Origin: Candidatus Latescibacterota bacterium
GTDB taxonomy: Bacteria > Latescibacterota > UBA2968
DNA length: 64,000 nt
Direction: 5' to 3'
Assembly (NCBI GenBank): GCA_965198115.1
Contig: OZ240241.1
Location: 6,144,001-6,208,000, forward strand
Below the pieces are notes generated by a model that was not told where the DNA came from, made no database searches, and saw nothing but the letters and a program-made list of their open reading frames with translations. The position numbers were made by a program, and so were the translations under genes. Positions 20,126 through 30,840 of the stretch are shown here, in pieces (the stretch's first letter is position 1; each line of letters begins with the position of its first letter).

Positions 20126-23100
20126 TTGCAGATCATCCTACGATTCTTGCTCCTTGTTTTCGCATCGACTTCGGCCGTGGAAGGCGCGGAGCCTTATACA
20201 CCGAGCCATCCGAATCCCCTCCTCGAGCCGTGGCGCTGGCGGTCATTCCCGCAGATCCGAGGACGTGAGCTCCAGTGTATGGCCGAAGATCTCGACGGAA
20301 ACATCTGGTTCGGCACCGAAGAAGGCGTCTGGCGATACGACGGCATTGGATGGTTCGAGTACGGGCCCGATCAGGGACTCGATGGAAAGCCTATCGTCGC
20401 CATTGTCGTCTCGTCTTCGAACGTGGTCTCCTGCGCGACGACACTCGGATTTTACACTTTGTCCGAGGAGCGTTGGACGCGTCGTTTTCCATCCGACGGG
20501 GACATGAATTGGTTCGTGAGGTCTCTGGCCATCGGAAACGATGGGAGCCTATGGGCAGCCACGACGTGGGGACTTCTCCACGTCGAGGACCATACTCAGA
20601 CCCTCTACTGCCTGGAAGGCGTCGCCAGACATCTTCGTAAGACAACACCTTTCGTCGAATACGTGCCTGTGCCCGCTGATCTGGCTGCCACCGAAACGGT
20701 CGTCTACGGCGAGCTGGGTATCGAGCGCATTGGGGACACCGTCTTGTGGGTTATATCCGGAAGCCCGGCCGATTCGGCCAACATCCACGTCGGGGACCGA
20801 ATCCTCACGACGGATTCCACAGGCAGTCACCGAAGGCTCACCATCGTCAGACAGGGTCTTGAGGAACCTATCGTCGTAGATATATACCCTCGTCAGGACC
20901 AGGGCGATCTCCGTCACTTCAGCTTTCACGATCTGATACTATCGAGGGAGAACACCGTCTGGCTGGCTACGTCGCCTGGCGAGATCATTCGATTCGATCC
21001 AGCATCGGGTCTCTGGCGTCGATATACCGACGAGGACGGTCTGACCATCGGTGGGCTCGTAACTCTGATGGAAGCCAGGAACGGATCCATTTGGGCGGTC
21101 TCCGACGATCGGGACGGTGGAATCAACCGATTCAACGGACAAATCTGGACATCCTTCCGGTTGTCGACCGAGGGGGGCATCGATCTCAACCCTTCCATTC
21201 TGGAAGCCAACGACGGAACCATCTGGGTCGGAGGCCACGAGGGAATCCTCCACGCCTATCGACGAGATAGATGGGAAATCTATCGATCGTCGAAAGTCCC
21301 TGTGCCGACCACCCGTATCATTGACCTTCTCGAAAGCTCGGACGGTGCACTCTGGATGGTAGGTCGTGGACAAGAACCCATTCGGTTCGACTTTGGATCC
21401 CGACGCTGGCTGCTAACGTGCGAGAACCTGAACTTCGCGTGTGAAGATCTCGAGGGAGGCAAATGGTTCCTCGAAGTTTCAGGCAAAGTCGTTCGAAAGA
21501 AGGACGAAACCTGGACCAGATTCGACTCGCGCGACGGTCTGATGGATACGCCGACCGGCATCATTGCGACTCGCGACGGATCTGTCCTGTGTGTAGGCAG
21601 CCACGCGCAGGCGGCGGCCTCGGCCAGATTCGACCAGGGCAATTGGCATCTTCGGACCTTTCCAAGCCTGTCGTGGGGCATCGACGGCCGCGCTGCATTC
21701 GAGGCGAAGGACGGTGCCGTCTGGATGGGCGCAGCCGTAGATTGGGATATGCGTCTGGGGCATCGCGGAGGTGTACTCCAGGTTTCAGGTGAGACGGTTC
21801 GTCACCACCGACCTCCCGACGTGTTGAGATACATCTATGGCATCGGGCAAACAGCGGACGACCACATATGGATCGGTTCTCGTCGTGGACTCCATCACTT
21901 TGACGGCACCTCGTGGAAGCAGGTATACACTCCCGAGACCCTCAGATCCCGCATCGACGCGGTCCACTCTTCCAACCGAGGAGATCTCTGGCTGGGGCAT
22001 CGATCCAGAGGCATCTTTCACCACACCCCCTCAGGATGGGACCAGATGGATGCCGGACATGGCCTCGCGGACAACGCGGTACGCGAGATCCTAGTGTCCA
22101 GCGATGGGTCTGTCTGGGCGGTTTCCGATCGCGGGACAAGCCGATTCGACGGGCAGACCTGGACCCCTGCATTGCCATCTCACTTGCAGCTTGGTCCCAG
22201 AGGTACGTTACGTGAAACTCGGGACGGGTCACTCTGGATCAACACGGCCTCGGAAACCTGGCATCGAAGGGCGTGGCCTTTCAACCGATCAACACGAGAG
22301 CAAGCTGAAATCTTCAAGACCATCCTACATAAACCAGATCCGAACCCTCCCGAAACCAACATCGCCTTCGCACAGCAGGAAGTGTCTCAGCCGGGCAACA
22401 CGACCATTTCCTGGACGGGAGCCGACCCCTGGGGAGAGACAAAAAGGGCTGACCTTCTGTTTTCGTGGAGGCTCGACGACCAGACCTGGTCACCATACTC
22501 TCCAGAAACGAGTCACCTATTCCAGGCGCTTGCCAGCGGGCCCCACCGATTCGAGGTTCGTGCACGAGACCGGGATTTCAACGTCGATCTCACCCCCGCT
22601 TCTATCACTTTCTCGGTCACCCCACCGGTCTGGCGACAAACCTAGTTCATCACCCTCGTCATTCTCTTCTCGTGCGCCGTCTCGGTCCAAACGGTGCGTC
22701 TGCTACGTCGGGATCTTGCGCTTCGCCGAAGCAATGAGGCTCTCCAGGAGAGTAACACCAAACTGACTGCCTCCAATCGCGAACTCGAGGAAACACGTGA
22801 TCAGCTCGTCATGAGCGAAAAAATGGCTTCCCTTGGCAATCTCGTTGCAGGAGTCGCACACGAAATCAACAATCCCATCGGTGCCTTCAACAGTGCGGCC
22901 GACACGCTGAAAAGATGCGTTGAGCGGGTCAAGGAAATCGTCAATCAGAGTGGCTCGACCGAAGAGATTCGCGAAAACAGTCAATATCAGCGTGCGGTCC
23001 AGTTACTGAACGACACGACGGACAACGCGGTCGTGGCAGGTGGACGTGTCACGCGAATCGTCGAGAGCTTAAGAAACTTCGCTCATCTCGACGAAGCCGA

Positions 23101-23557
23101 CTTTCAGCAGGCAGACCTTCACGAATCGCTCGACAGCCTGGTCACTCTCAAGGAACACGATCTCGGAGAAAGAATCTCGGTCGCGAAATCGTATGGTGTC
23201 CTTCCCCTCGTCACGTGCTATGCGAGCGAACTCAATCAGGTTTTTATGAACATCTTCAGCAACGCGGTCGAATCGATCGAGGAATCCGGCGAAATCACCA
23301 TCCGGACCGAACGGAGAAACGAAGAGGTCGCCATATCGATCGGGGATACGGGATCGGGGATTCCCGAGCAGGACAAGGATCGTATCTTCGACCCGGGATT
23401 CACGACGAAAGGCGTGGGGGTCGGTGTTGGCTTGGGGCTGTCAACCGCATACCGAATCGTCCAGAAGCACGGTGGACGTATCGACGTAGAGAGCCAAGAA
23501 GGCAAAGGGTCGACCTTCGTCGTCACCGTCCCGATCGTTGCCCGAGGGAGCGAATGA
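20126..23557 (+). pseudogene. Sensor histidine kinase (Reg_prop propellers + PDZ + Y_Y_Y, TM, HisKA, HATPase_c) split by in-frame TAG 22643-22645
   Basis: DGNIWFGT-type repeats; LASGPHRFEVRARD; PPVWRQT*F then TM; AGVAHEINNP, NAVES, DTGSGIP, FTTK and GLGLS motifs; both ORFs share one frame. Confidence 0.85.
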
Positions 23558-24306
23558 AAGCCATCATCATTGGTGCAGGTCGTGGCGAGCGGCTCATGCC
23601 ACACACGGCCGATGCGCCCAAATGCTTTGCCGAAGTCGGAAATCGCCGCATTCTCGACTGGGGTCTGGAGGCCCTACGCGCGAGCGATCTGACGGAGGTG
23701 GTCTTCATCGGAGGCTATCGCATCGACGCCGTCAAGACGGACTACCCCGATTTTACCTACTGTCACAACGCCGACTGGCCCGACAACAACATCCTCGAGT
23801 CACTCATGCACGCGGAGTTCCACATGGCTGATGGATTCGTCTGCGCCTATTCCGACATCCTTTATACAGGGCGCGTCGTCTCCAACCTGATGGAAAGTGA
23901 ACACGACATTACGCTCGTGTGCGACACAGAGTGGCGCTCTCGTTACGAAAAGCGAACGGAACACCCCGAGGAAGACGGCGAAAAGATGCGCGTTATCGAC
24001 CACGTCGTGGATGCGATCAACCGCACCATGCCCAGTGAGGATGCCGACGGCGAATACATCGGCGTCACGCGCTTCACCCCGGACGGTGCCCTGGCCTTGC
24101 GGGAGGCCTACCACGAGGCTCGGGAGACCTTCGGGAACGGCCCGTTCCAGGCCGCCACGACCTTCCGAAAGGCATATCTGATCGACCTCTACCAGCACAT
24201 GATCGAATCAGGTCACCGAATGCACGCATCCTTTACGGAGGGCGAGTACATGGAAATCGACACGAACCAGGATTTTCAAATAGCACGCGAAGAGTGGAAT
24301 CCATGA
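23554..24306 (+). CDS. NTP-transferase, LicC/phosphocholine cytidylyltransferase-like
   Basis: MKAIIIGAGRGERL..PKC, YSDI and EIDT motifs; ATGA overlap with the kinase stop. Confidence 0.88.
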   Translation: MKAIIIGAGRGERLMPHTADAPKCFAEVGNRRILDWGLEALRASDLTEVVFIGGYRIDAVKTDYPDFTYCHNADWPDNNILESLMHAEFHMADGFVCAYSDILYTGRVVSNLMESEHDITLVCDTEWRSRYEKRTEHPEEDGEKMRVIDHVVDAINRTMPSEDADGEYIGVTRFTPDGALALREAYHEARETFGNGPFQAATTFRKAYLIDLYQHMIESGHRMHASFTEGEYMEIDTNQDFQIAREEWNP

Positions 24307-25364
24307 GTCGACCGATCCCCCTTTTCCCCGCCAGTGTCGTCGGGAGCATGCCCAGATCGCAATACGTTCGCGATCTGCTCGACCCCGACAAAAGACCTGA
24401 AGACCCGTCCGTCTTCGACAAGCGAATGAATGCGGCCGTCGACTACATCGTCTCCCTTCAAGAAGCGGCCGGACTCGACGTCATTTCCGACGGCGAGTAT
24501 CGCAGACGTTCCTACATCGGCATCATTGCCGACGTGGCCGACGGATTTCTCCTCGAGCGAAAGGACGGCCTGTGGTGGCACACGGTCGTCGATCGGTTGG
24601 AACACGCGAAACCCGGGCTCGCTGCCGCGGAGGCCGCCTACCTCAGATCGCAAACGGATCGATCGATCAAGGTCTGCCTGCCGTCTCCCTACTTGCTCGC
24701 CCAGCGGATGTGGGACCCCGATCGATCGGCTTCGGCCTATCCGACGCGCGTGGACTTCATGGATGCCCTCGTACCCATCCTGCGTCGCGAAGTCGAACTC
24801 CTTCGAGAATCGGGTGCCGACATTATCCAGTTCGACGACCCCCATCTCTGTCTCTTCGTCGACGAGAGAGTTCGATCCGGCTGCGACGATCCCGACGCTG
24901 AAATTGCCCTGTGTGTCGACCATCTCAACCAGATCCTGAAGGATGTTGACGGCATCATCCGCTGCATCCACCTGTGTCGACGCAACAAAGGACGGTCCGG
25001 CTGGGTCGGCGAAGGCGGCTACGAACCTATCCTGCCGGCCCTCCAGTCGCTGCAAGTCGATCAGTATGTGATGGAGTTTACGATCCCTGTCGCTGGGGAC
25101 CTGGATGTACTTCGGGAGTTGCCGGAAGGATCACACGTTGGCCTGGGGTGCGTCGACTGTCGTGGAGAGGTGATTGATTCCGTCGAAGATATCGTGACTC
25201 GGGTCGAGAGTGCGCTCGAACATATCGAGCCGAGCCAGATCTATCTCAACCCGGACTGTGGCTTCGCCCCCGGCAATGCGGCTGACATCCCGATCGATGA
25301 GGCCTACGCGAAACTGTGTAATGAGGCGAAGGCAGCTACGCTCCTGCGAGAACGACACGGTTGA
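24303..25364 (+). CDS. Cobalamin-independent methionine synthase II-family (single-barrel MetE-like) protein
   Basis: VVGSMPR, DGEYRR, IQFDDP, HLCRRN and NPDCGF (Zn ligands). Confidence 0.9.
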   Translation: MSRPIPLFPASVVGSMPRSQYVRDLLDPDKRPEDPSVFDKRMNAAVDYIVSLQEAAGLDVISDGEYRRRSYIGIIADVADGFLLERKDGLWWHTVVDRLEHAKPGLAAAEAAYLRSQTDRSIKVCLPSPYLLAQRMWDPDRSASAYPTRVDFMDALVPILRREVELLRESGADIIQFDDPHLCLFVDERVRSGCDDPDAEIALCVDHLNQILKDVDGIIRCIHLCRRNKGRSGWVGEGGYEPILPALQSLQVDQYVMEFTIPVAGDLDVLRELPEGSHVGLGCVDCRGEVIDSVEDIVTRVESALEHIEPSQIYLNPDCGFAPGNAADIPIDEAYAKLCNEAKAATLLRERHG

Positions 25365-25977
25365 CTCGAATTGTCCGTTTACGCTCCGCAAGACCAGAAT
25401 TCCCTTCTCTTGCTTCGCCTACCGAGTGAACACCGTTCACACAGCTGCAGGCGGTTCGCCCACGTCAGCGACCGAACGCAAATACAAAGTCGATATACGG
25501 TATCCCCGGGAAGATCGTTTCCTGGCCGATCGTGTTGAGAAACGCGAAGTCCACCGTCATCTTGTCTCCCATGAAGCGGAATCCGTATGAGATCAGCTGT
25601 TCACCAAAGAACCAGTTCTCCGTGATGAATGCGATCCTGCGAGAAACACGAGACTCTCCACCCACCATCAGGATGGCCCGATCCGATCCATCGGCGGACC
25701 CGTATCCCAACCCTACTGTGAGATGGCGATCAGGAGATCCCATCGTGGACACACCGTAGTAGATCGCGGCTACACCGCCGTCGTCGAAATCGGCGTCCGC
25801 CGGTGCCCGCACCACAAGGGCTCCCGCTGCGAGATTGAAAGACTCGCTCTGGCTGAGTCCAACTTTGGGGTTGAAATACATCAGTTGATCCTGAAAACCG
25901 ATACCAGGAAAGATGGAAAGACCCCCACCGATCGTGACTCGATCTGTTACCCCGACAGTCACACTCGGGAAAAAAAA

Positions 25978-27397
25978 GGCTATATCCGGATCTCTCAACG
26001 AGATGAAGTGGGTGAAGGTGCCGTGGTTCCTGGCATGGGGGCGCGGTTAGAGTGTGCGGAACCTCTTCGGAATCTGCTCAGGGATGTTTATGTCTCCGAC
26101 GGTAAGGAAGATCATATCGTTGAATGCGTCGAGTGTGCGGAATCCGCTGGCTCGGTTCTTGACGATTTGGACGATTCGGTTGAGGCCTTCGGCGATGGCG
26201 TTGGTAAGACGCGTGTTCACGAATGCGAGGACGCCGAAGAAGTGCTGTCGCAGGGTCCTGACGAACTTTCGCAGGGGTTCAAGTCGACTTCTGAGTGCGG
26301 ACGTCGTCCAGCATTTCAGGAAGCGTTCGGCAGCCCAGGGCGCTTTGTATTCCCAGAACTGCTCGAACTCGTCCTTGAGTCTCCAGGCTCTATAGATTCG
26401 GTAGTTCGCCTTCTCCAGTGCTTTGAGTGTCCGAGTATCCCCTCTGGAGCGTGTCGCTGAGTGCCGGTAGAGGAGCCATCGGAGGCCCTTCATGGCTTTG
26501 CGCTCATCCGGGGCAGCTTTACGCCACTGGTCCTTACGGACCTCGTCAACGGCGGCATTGAGAGCCTTGACGATGTGAAAGCGATCGAGGACCAGCTTGG
26601 CATTCGGACAGTGTTCCTGGATGGCTCCGATGTAAGCTTCGCTCATGTCGCAGCAGGCCCACTCGATCTTGGATCTCCGGTAGGGACTGAGAGCCTCTGT
26701 GAAGAACCGATCGATCGTTTTACGCGCCCTGCCGCGGCCAACCCACACCACGCAGGAGCGGTCCAGATCGTAAACGAGCGTGGCGTACCTGTGACGCTTG
26801 GCGTAGGAGATCTCGTCGATCCCGATGGTTTTGAGCCCTCGGATACGATGACCTTCACGAAGCCGCGTGATGGATCGGTGAAGGAGATCCGACAGCGTCG
26901 AGGCAGAGATGCGCAGCAACTCGGACGCCGCCTTCTGCGTCATGGTCTGGCAGTAGCGCAGCATGGCATACTCGAAGCGATACGTCACCCGAGAGAACCG
27001 CTCCGCCCACGGAATCTCCTCGACCACACGACCGTGGGTAGGACACCGAATCTCCCGAGGATGGTAGAGAAGCCAGACCCTCCACCCGCACACCGGAATG
27101 TCACGCCACCGACGCGGATGGGGCATTGTGCGGACGATTTTACCTCGACGGCCGCACTCCGGACAACAACAACCATTCTTATGTGGCTTTACGGCGATGA
27201 CGAAACAGCTTCTCCCCTCAAACCACCAGCTGACAACACGGAACCCCTTGAATTTCAGCAGTTTCGATAGTAATCTGCTCCCGGTCATAGGTCGCACCCC
27301 CTTCGCTTTGATTGTCCTACACACACAACCAAGCGTAGGGAACGATCTATGACCTTGTCATTCTATAGTTTCACCGTTGAGAAACCCGGATAGAGCC
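25978..27397 (-). mobile_element. ISL3-family IS, copy 2 (1420 bp)
   Basis: IRs GGCTCTATCCGGGTTTCTCAACG / GGCTATATCCGGATCTCTCAACG; A8 on both flanks (25970-77, 27398-405). Confidence 0.97.
26047..27324 (-). CDS. ISL3-family transposase
   Basis: Full-length ORF with zf-ISL3 CPEC/CPTH and DDE motifs. Confidence 0.96.
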   Translation of the reverse strand: MCRTIKAKGVRPMTGSRLLSKLLKFKGFRVVSWWFEGRSCFVIAVKPHKNGCCCPECGRRGKIVRTMPHPRRWRDIPVCGWRVWLLYHPREIRCPTHGRVVEEIPWAERFSRVTYRFEYAMLRYCQTMTQKAASELLRISASTLSDLLHRSITRLREGHRIRGLKTIGIDEISYAKRHRYATLVYDLDRSCVVWVGRGRARKTIDRFFTEALSPYRRSKIEWACCDMSEAYIGAIQEHCPNAKLVLDRFHIVKALNAAVDEVRKDQWRKAAPDERKAMKGLRWLLYRHSATRSRGDTRTLKALEKANYRIYRAWRLKDEFEQFWEYKAPWAAERFLKCWTTSALRSRLEPLRKFVRTLRQHFFGVLAFVNTRLTNAIAEGLNRIVQIVKNRASGFRTLDAFNDMIFLTVGDINIPEQIPKRFRTL

Positions 27398-27852
27398 AAA
27401 AAAAAGCATATGATCGGCAAAGTAACCTTCACCTTTTTCTAACATTCTCCCTGTTGGAGCGAACAGCAATCGGCTCCCGTTCGGGTTTGGGGCCAGTACT
27501 CACCATCTTTGAACCTTCGGTCCGAGACATCCCTGATGCTTCGAATCGACGAAGTCGACAATCGAATCACTCCGTGTCTAGTCCTGAAAGCGACGGTATC
27601 CCCTTCGACCTGCTCAATTCGACCGTAAAGGGTTGATCCATCATCCGTCTCGAGGAGTTGCAGTGTCTCCTCGTTTGCTACCGCGATGCCTATGTCCGCC
27701 AGGACAGGACACGCGGCTCCCGTCACGAGTGCAACTATCAACAGCGAGAAATGGAGCATCGAGATTTCATGGTGTCTCCTGACGATTATATATCCAACAC
27801 AAAAACAATGTCTTACTCGATCTGTGTACTCCATAACTTCGCACGACATCAC

Positions 27853-27872
27853 TTGTCCGGACGCCCGGACAA
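27853..27872. promoter_or_regulatory. Perfect 8-bp inverted repeat (operator or hairpin)
   Basis: TTGTCCGG-ACGC-CCGGACAA in the intergenic region; a minus-strand TATAAT lies near 27786-27791. Confidence 0.45.
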
Positions 27873-27920
27873 TTGGCATTATCTCCCCACGACCCCCCGA
27901 ATCAGACGTGGAGTTGCTTT

Positions 27921-28652
27921 TCAAAACGTCACACCCGCGTGCAGACCCGGATCTGAACCCCACCCCACCGGCCCGACACCGAACGACAATCGGGGCCGAT
28001 CTGCGTAGCCTCGTTCCCGGTTGATCCTTTTAGCCGATCTGTGTGCATCGATGGCCGCCGTGGCAAAGCTGGCCGCGTTGGACACCAGCCCGATGATGGC
28101 CCGACGCTTCGCTGCGCTGTAGCTTTCACCCCGGCTCTGATCGCTGAACCACATCACTTTGCTCACGAAGCTCCACGCAAACAGAAGACCGGCTTTTCCG
28201 TGCTCTCCGTTGTAGACCTGACCCGCACCGTCGAAAAGGAAGAGCCCGACAACTGTTGAGAGTGCAAGAGCCGTCTGAGGGTTCTTGCGACCAGGGCGCG
28301 AAGTCGGCGTGTTTCGGGACGTCACGTCATTCTGCTCTACGATCACGTTCCTCTGGATCAATTGCAGATCCCAATGAGGACACGACTCCGAATGTGCGTT
28401 GCGAACGACCTTGATGTCAGAAACGGAAACTCGAAACACACCCAACTGCGTTTCGAATGCGAGCGTGTCATTTTCGATCGAAGCGATTCGTCCCACGGAC
28501 GTCGAGCCATCCATCGTCGTCAGAATCTGCCCGACAACGTGATCCGAGAGAGCCATCCTACACCCGATCCCTACGTCTGCGTTGATCTCGGGCGCGGAGA
28601 AAACCAGAGCGACTATGGCTGTGGCAAAAGTTTGAAGGATGCGTGGGATCAT
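27921..28652 (-). CDS. Secreted/membrane hypothetical protein; N-terminal domain paralogous to the downstream pseudogene
   Basis: GGAG-ATG 28652; signal peptide; DGSTSVGRI..ENDTLAFETQLG; KNPQTALALS..GAGQVYNGEHGKA TM2-like segment; ends in an aromatic residue. Confidence 0.75.
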   Translation of the reverse strand: MIPRILQTFATAIVALVFSAPEINADVGIGCRMALSDHVVGQILTTMDGSTSVGRIASIENDTLAFETQLGVFRVSVSDIKVVRNAHSESCPHWDLQLIQRNVIVEQNDVTSRNTPTSRPGRKNPQTALALSTVVGLFLFDGAGQVYNGEHGKAGLLFAWSFVSKVMWFSDQSRGESYSAAKRRAIIGLVSNAASFATAAIDAHRSAKRINRERGYADRPRLSFGVGPVGWGSDPGLHAGVTF

Positions 28653-28695
28653 TACGGGCTCCCAGTTGTGGTTGGGTGCGGTCACTATGGTCATT

Positions 28696-28711
28696 TGCAA
28701 CAGCCGTGCCC
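28696..28711 (-). promoter_or_regulatory. Sigma54 -24/-12 promoter
   Basis: Minus strand GGGCACG-GCTG-TTGCA versus consensus TGGCACG-N4-TTGCW; about 45 bp upstream of ATG 28652; divergent from a bEBP gene. Confidence 0.85.
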
Positions 28712-28740
28712 CATCTCCGCCTAGCGAAGATTATTTCTCA

Positions 28741-28763
28741 ACTTTATTAAAATCAATAATTTA
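28741..28763 (+). promoter_or_regulatory. IHF binding site
   Basis: AATCAATAATTTA (28751-63) is an exact match to WATCAANNNNTTR, preceded by an AT tract, between the promoter and the putative UAS. Confidence 0.75.
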
Positions 28764-28810
28764 CAATTCTGTCTCTGGTGAGATTGAAGCCATCCAGAAA
28801 AAACTACTTT

Positions 28811-28858
28811 GCTGCGCAAGTTTGCGTGATATTGCTCCTGTCGCTGCGCAAAATTCCC
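28811..28858. promoter_or_regulatory. Putative tandem upstream activator sites for the bEBP
   Basis: GCTGCGCAA at 28811 and 28843 (32 bp apart, about 3 helical turns); the first extends to pseudo-palindromic TGCGCAAGTTTGCGTG. Confidence 0.5.
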
Positions 28859-28869
28859 TGAGGGGCTTC

Positions 28870-30840
28870 ATGCCGACCGAATCCGAACTGCTCGTCAAGC
28901 TCCGAAAATCCATCCGTCTCACCGGTCTGAACGCCGACCTCGCGACACTCGACCCACTCCAGCAGTCGATGGTCGTCACCAACCGACTTGCCCAGACCAC
29001 CCTCCGCTATCTCACCAACGAAGTCGATGCCGTCGCCGGCCAGCGACTGTCCGAGGAGTTGCGGACGCTTTCGAGCCCGGAAGAGTACGAGCTTCTTTTC
29101 GATGAAAGTGGTTACACGTTTTATCACGTCGTTCAGTTTCTCTACGAATTTGCCAAAACCTACGCCAACACCCCCGATCGCGAGTATTTCTGCGCCGGCA
29201 TGGGACGAGGAGGCGGAGGACTCGAAGTCGCACCGCATACCGAATTCATTAGCCTGATACGTCTGCTCATCTCGGCGCTGCCTGAAACCAACGACGAGCA
29301 ACATCTCCAGGGATTGTTCCAGGAACTCGGCCCTACCTTCCTCGGTCGCATCTTTACTTCAGGTCTTCTCGAAATCGACGTAAACCAGGAAGGTGAGCGC
29401 CGCATCGACATCACGCTGCGGTATTCGGAGGGTGAACAGTTGGCGGAGGGTCTGCGCGATCTCGGTCACGAGCAAGACGCCGGTGCTTTCTTCATCAACT
29501 CGGCCCTACACATCCAGGGACTCCTGCAACTGGCCTGGATGACCTTCACGCGTGATACGAATTCTGTGGCGATGGAGAGCCTGATCGAGAACCGCGACGA
29601 AGAAGGCGTCCGGGAAATCGCGGAGACCTGCCGTTGCACGTGGCCTGTTCGTTGGGATGCGAGTGTCCAGCTCGACCGCACACCCGACGCCGAGATCATC
29701 TTCGCCCAAGCGCGGGGAATCATTGAAGGTCTTCAAAGGAAGGATCTGGAGTATTATCTCCAACGCATCAAAACGCTCGAGGTCCAGGTCCAAGCGTTGG
29801 AGGAAGGATCGCGCTTTCACGACTTGATCGGTGGAAGCAAGCAAATGCGTCAGGTCTACCAGACGATTCAACAGGTTGCAACAACGGGTCTAACCGTCCT
29901 GATTCGTGGAGAGACTGGAACGGGCAAGGAGCTCGTCGCCAGAGTGGTACATCAATGCAGCGACCAGCGTGAAGGACCGTTTGTCCCCGTTAACTGTGCC
30001 GCTTTTCCCGAAGCGCTCCTCGAAAGCGAGCTCTTCGGCCACGAGCGTGGCGCTTTTACGGGTGCCGACCGCGGAAAACCGGGCCGTTTCGAAATGGCCA
30101 GTGGAGGAACACTGTTTCTGGACGAAATCGGCGACACCTCCACGACGACTCAGATCAAGCTGTTGCGTGTTCTGGAAGATCAGACCTTCGAGCGAGTCGG
30201 GGGCACTCGATCGATCACGACCGACGCACGCATCGTGTCTGCAACGAACCGGAATCTCGAAGAGATGATCGCCACGGGTGACTTTCGGGAAGATCTCTAC
30301 CTCCGCCTCAACGTCCTGCCCGTCAACATTCCTCCTCTACGGACACGACGCGAAGATGTCGCGGTGCTCGCCCAGCACTTCCTCGATCGAAGCGCTACGC
30401 GATCGGGCAAGGAGATACAGGCCATCTCTCGTGGCGCAATGAAACGTCTCGTCAGCCATCCGTGGCCCGGAAACATCCGCGACCTCCAGAACGTCATCGA
30501 ACGTGCGGTCATCGTCCACGCGTCCGGTCGCACGCTGACCGAGACACACATCACCCAGGCCCTCGGTCTCCAGCCGAGCGAGGGTGTCGCGAACGATGAA
30601 CCCCTCAATGAAAGACAACGCCAAATTCTGTACGTGATGGATGGATCGGAGACCTGCGTCATCCAGGACCTGGTCGATCGAATCGGAACCACCGGAAGCG
30701 GGGGGGCGTCACGACGCACGCTCCAGAACGACCTCCGCAGTCTCGACAGCCGCGGCCTGGTCGCGTGGACCAAGCGAGGAAGCGCCCGAGCCTACCGCCT
30801 CACACCAGACGGCGAAGAAGCTGCCAGAATGAATGCTTGA
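28870..30840 (+). CDS. Sigma54-dependent enhancer-binding protein with V4R-like N-terminus and C-terminal winged helix
   Basis: [39 protein letters not shown] and WPGNIRDL motifs; [24 protein letters not shown]. Confidence 0.93.
   Translation: MPTESELLVKLRKSIRLTGLNADLATLDPLQQSMVVTNRLAQTTLRYLTNEVDAVAGQRLSEELRTLSSPEEYELLFDESGYTFYHVVQFLYEFAKTYANTPDREYFCAGMGRGGGGLEVAPHTEFISLIRLLISALPETNDEQHLQGLFQELGPTFLGRIFTSGLLEIDVNQEGERRIDITLRYSEGEQLAEGLRDLGHEQDAGAFFINSALHIQGLLQLAWMTFTRDTNSVAMESLIENRDEEGVREIAETCRCTWPVRWDASVQLDRTPDAEIIFAQARGIIEGLQRKDLEYYLQRIKTLEVQVQALEEGSRFHDLIGGSKQMRQVYQTIQQVATTGLTVLIRGETGTGKELVARVVHQCSDQREGPFVPVNCAAFPEALLESELFGHERGAFTGADRGKPGRFEMASGGTLFLDEIGDTSTTTQIKLLRVLEDQTFERVGGTRSITTDARIVSATNRNLEEMIATGDFREDLYLRLNVLPVNIPPLRTRREDVAVLAQHFLDRSATRSGKEIQAISRGAMKRLVSHPWPGNIRDLQNVIERAVIVHASGRTLTETHITQALGLQPSEGVANDEPLNERQRQILYVMDGSETCVIQDLVDRIGTTGSGGASRRTLQNDLRSLDSRGLVAWTKRGSARAYRLTPDGEEAARMNA

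Larger units (their letters stand above)
25465..27770 (-). pseudogene. Secreted/outer-membrane beta-rich protein interrupted by ISL3 copy 2, with additional frameshifts
   Basis: AGGAG-ATG at 27770; signal peptide; ...GEYW-PNPNGSRLLFAPTGRMLEKGEGYFADHMLFF|IS|PSVTVGVTDRVTIGGG...PYIDFVFAFGR; indels near 27760, 27491 and in the poly-T target. Confidence 0.8.
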
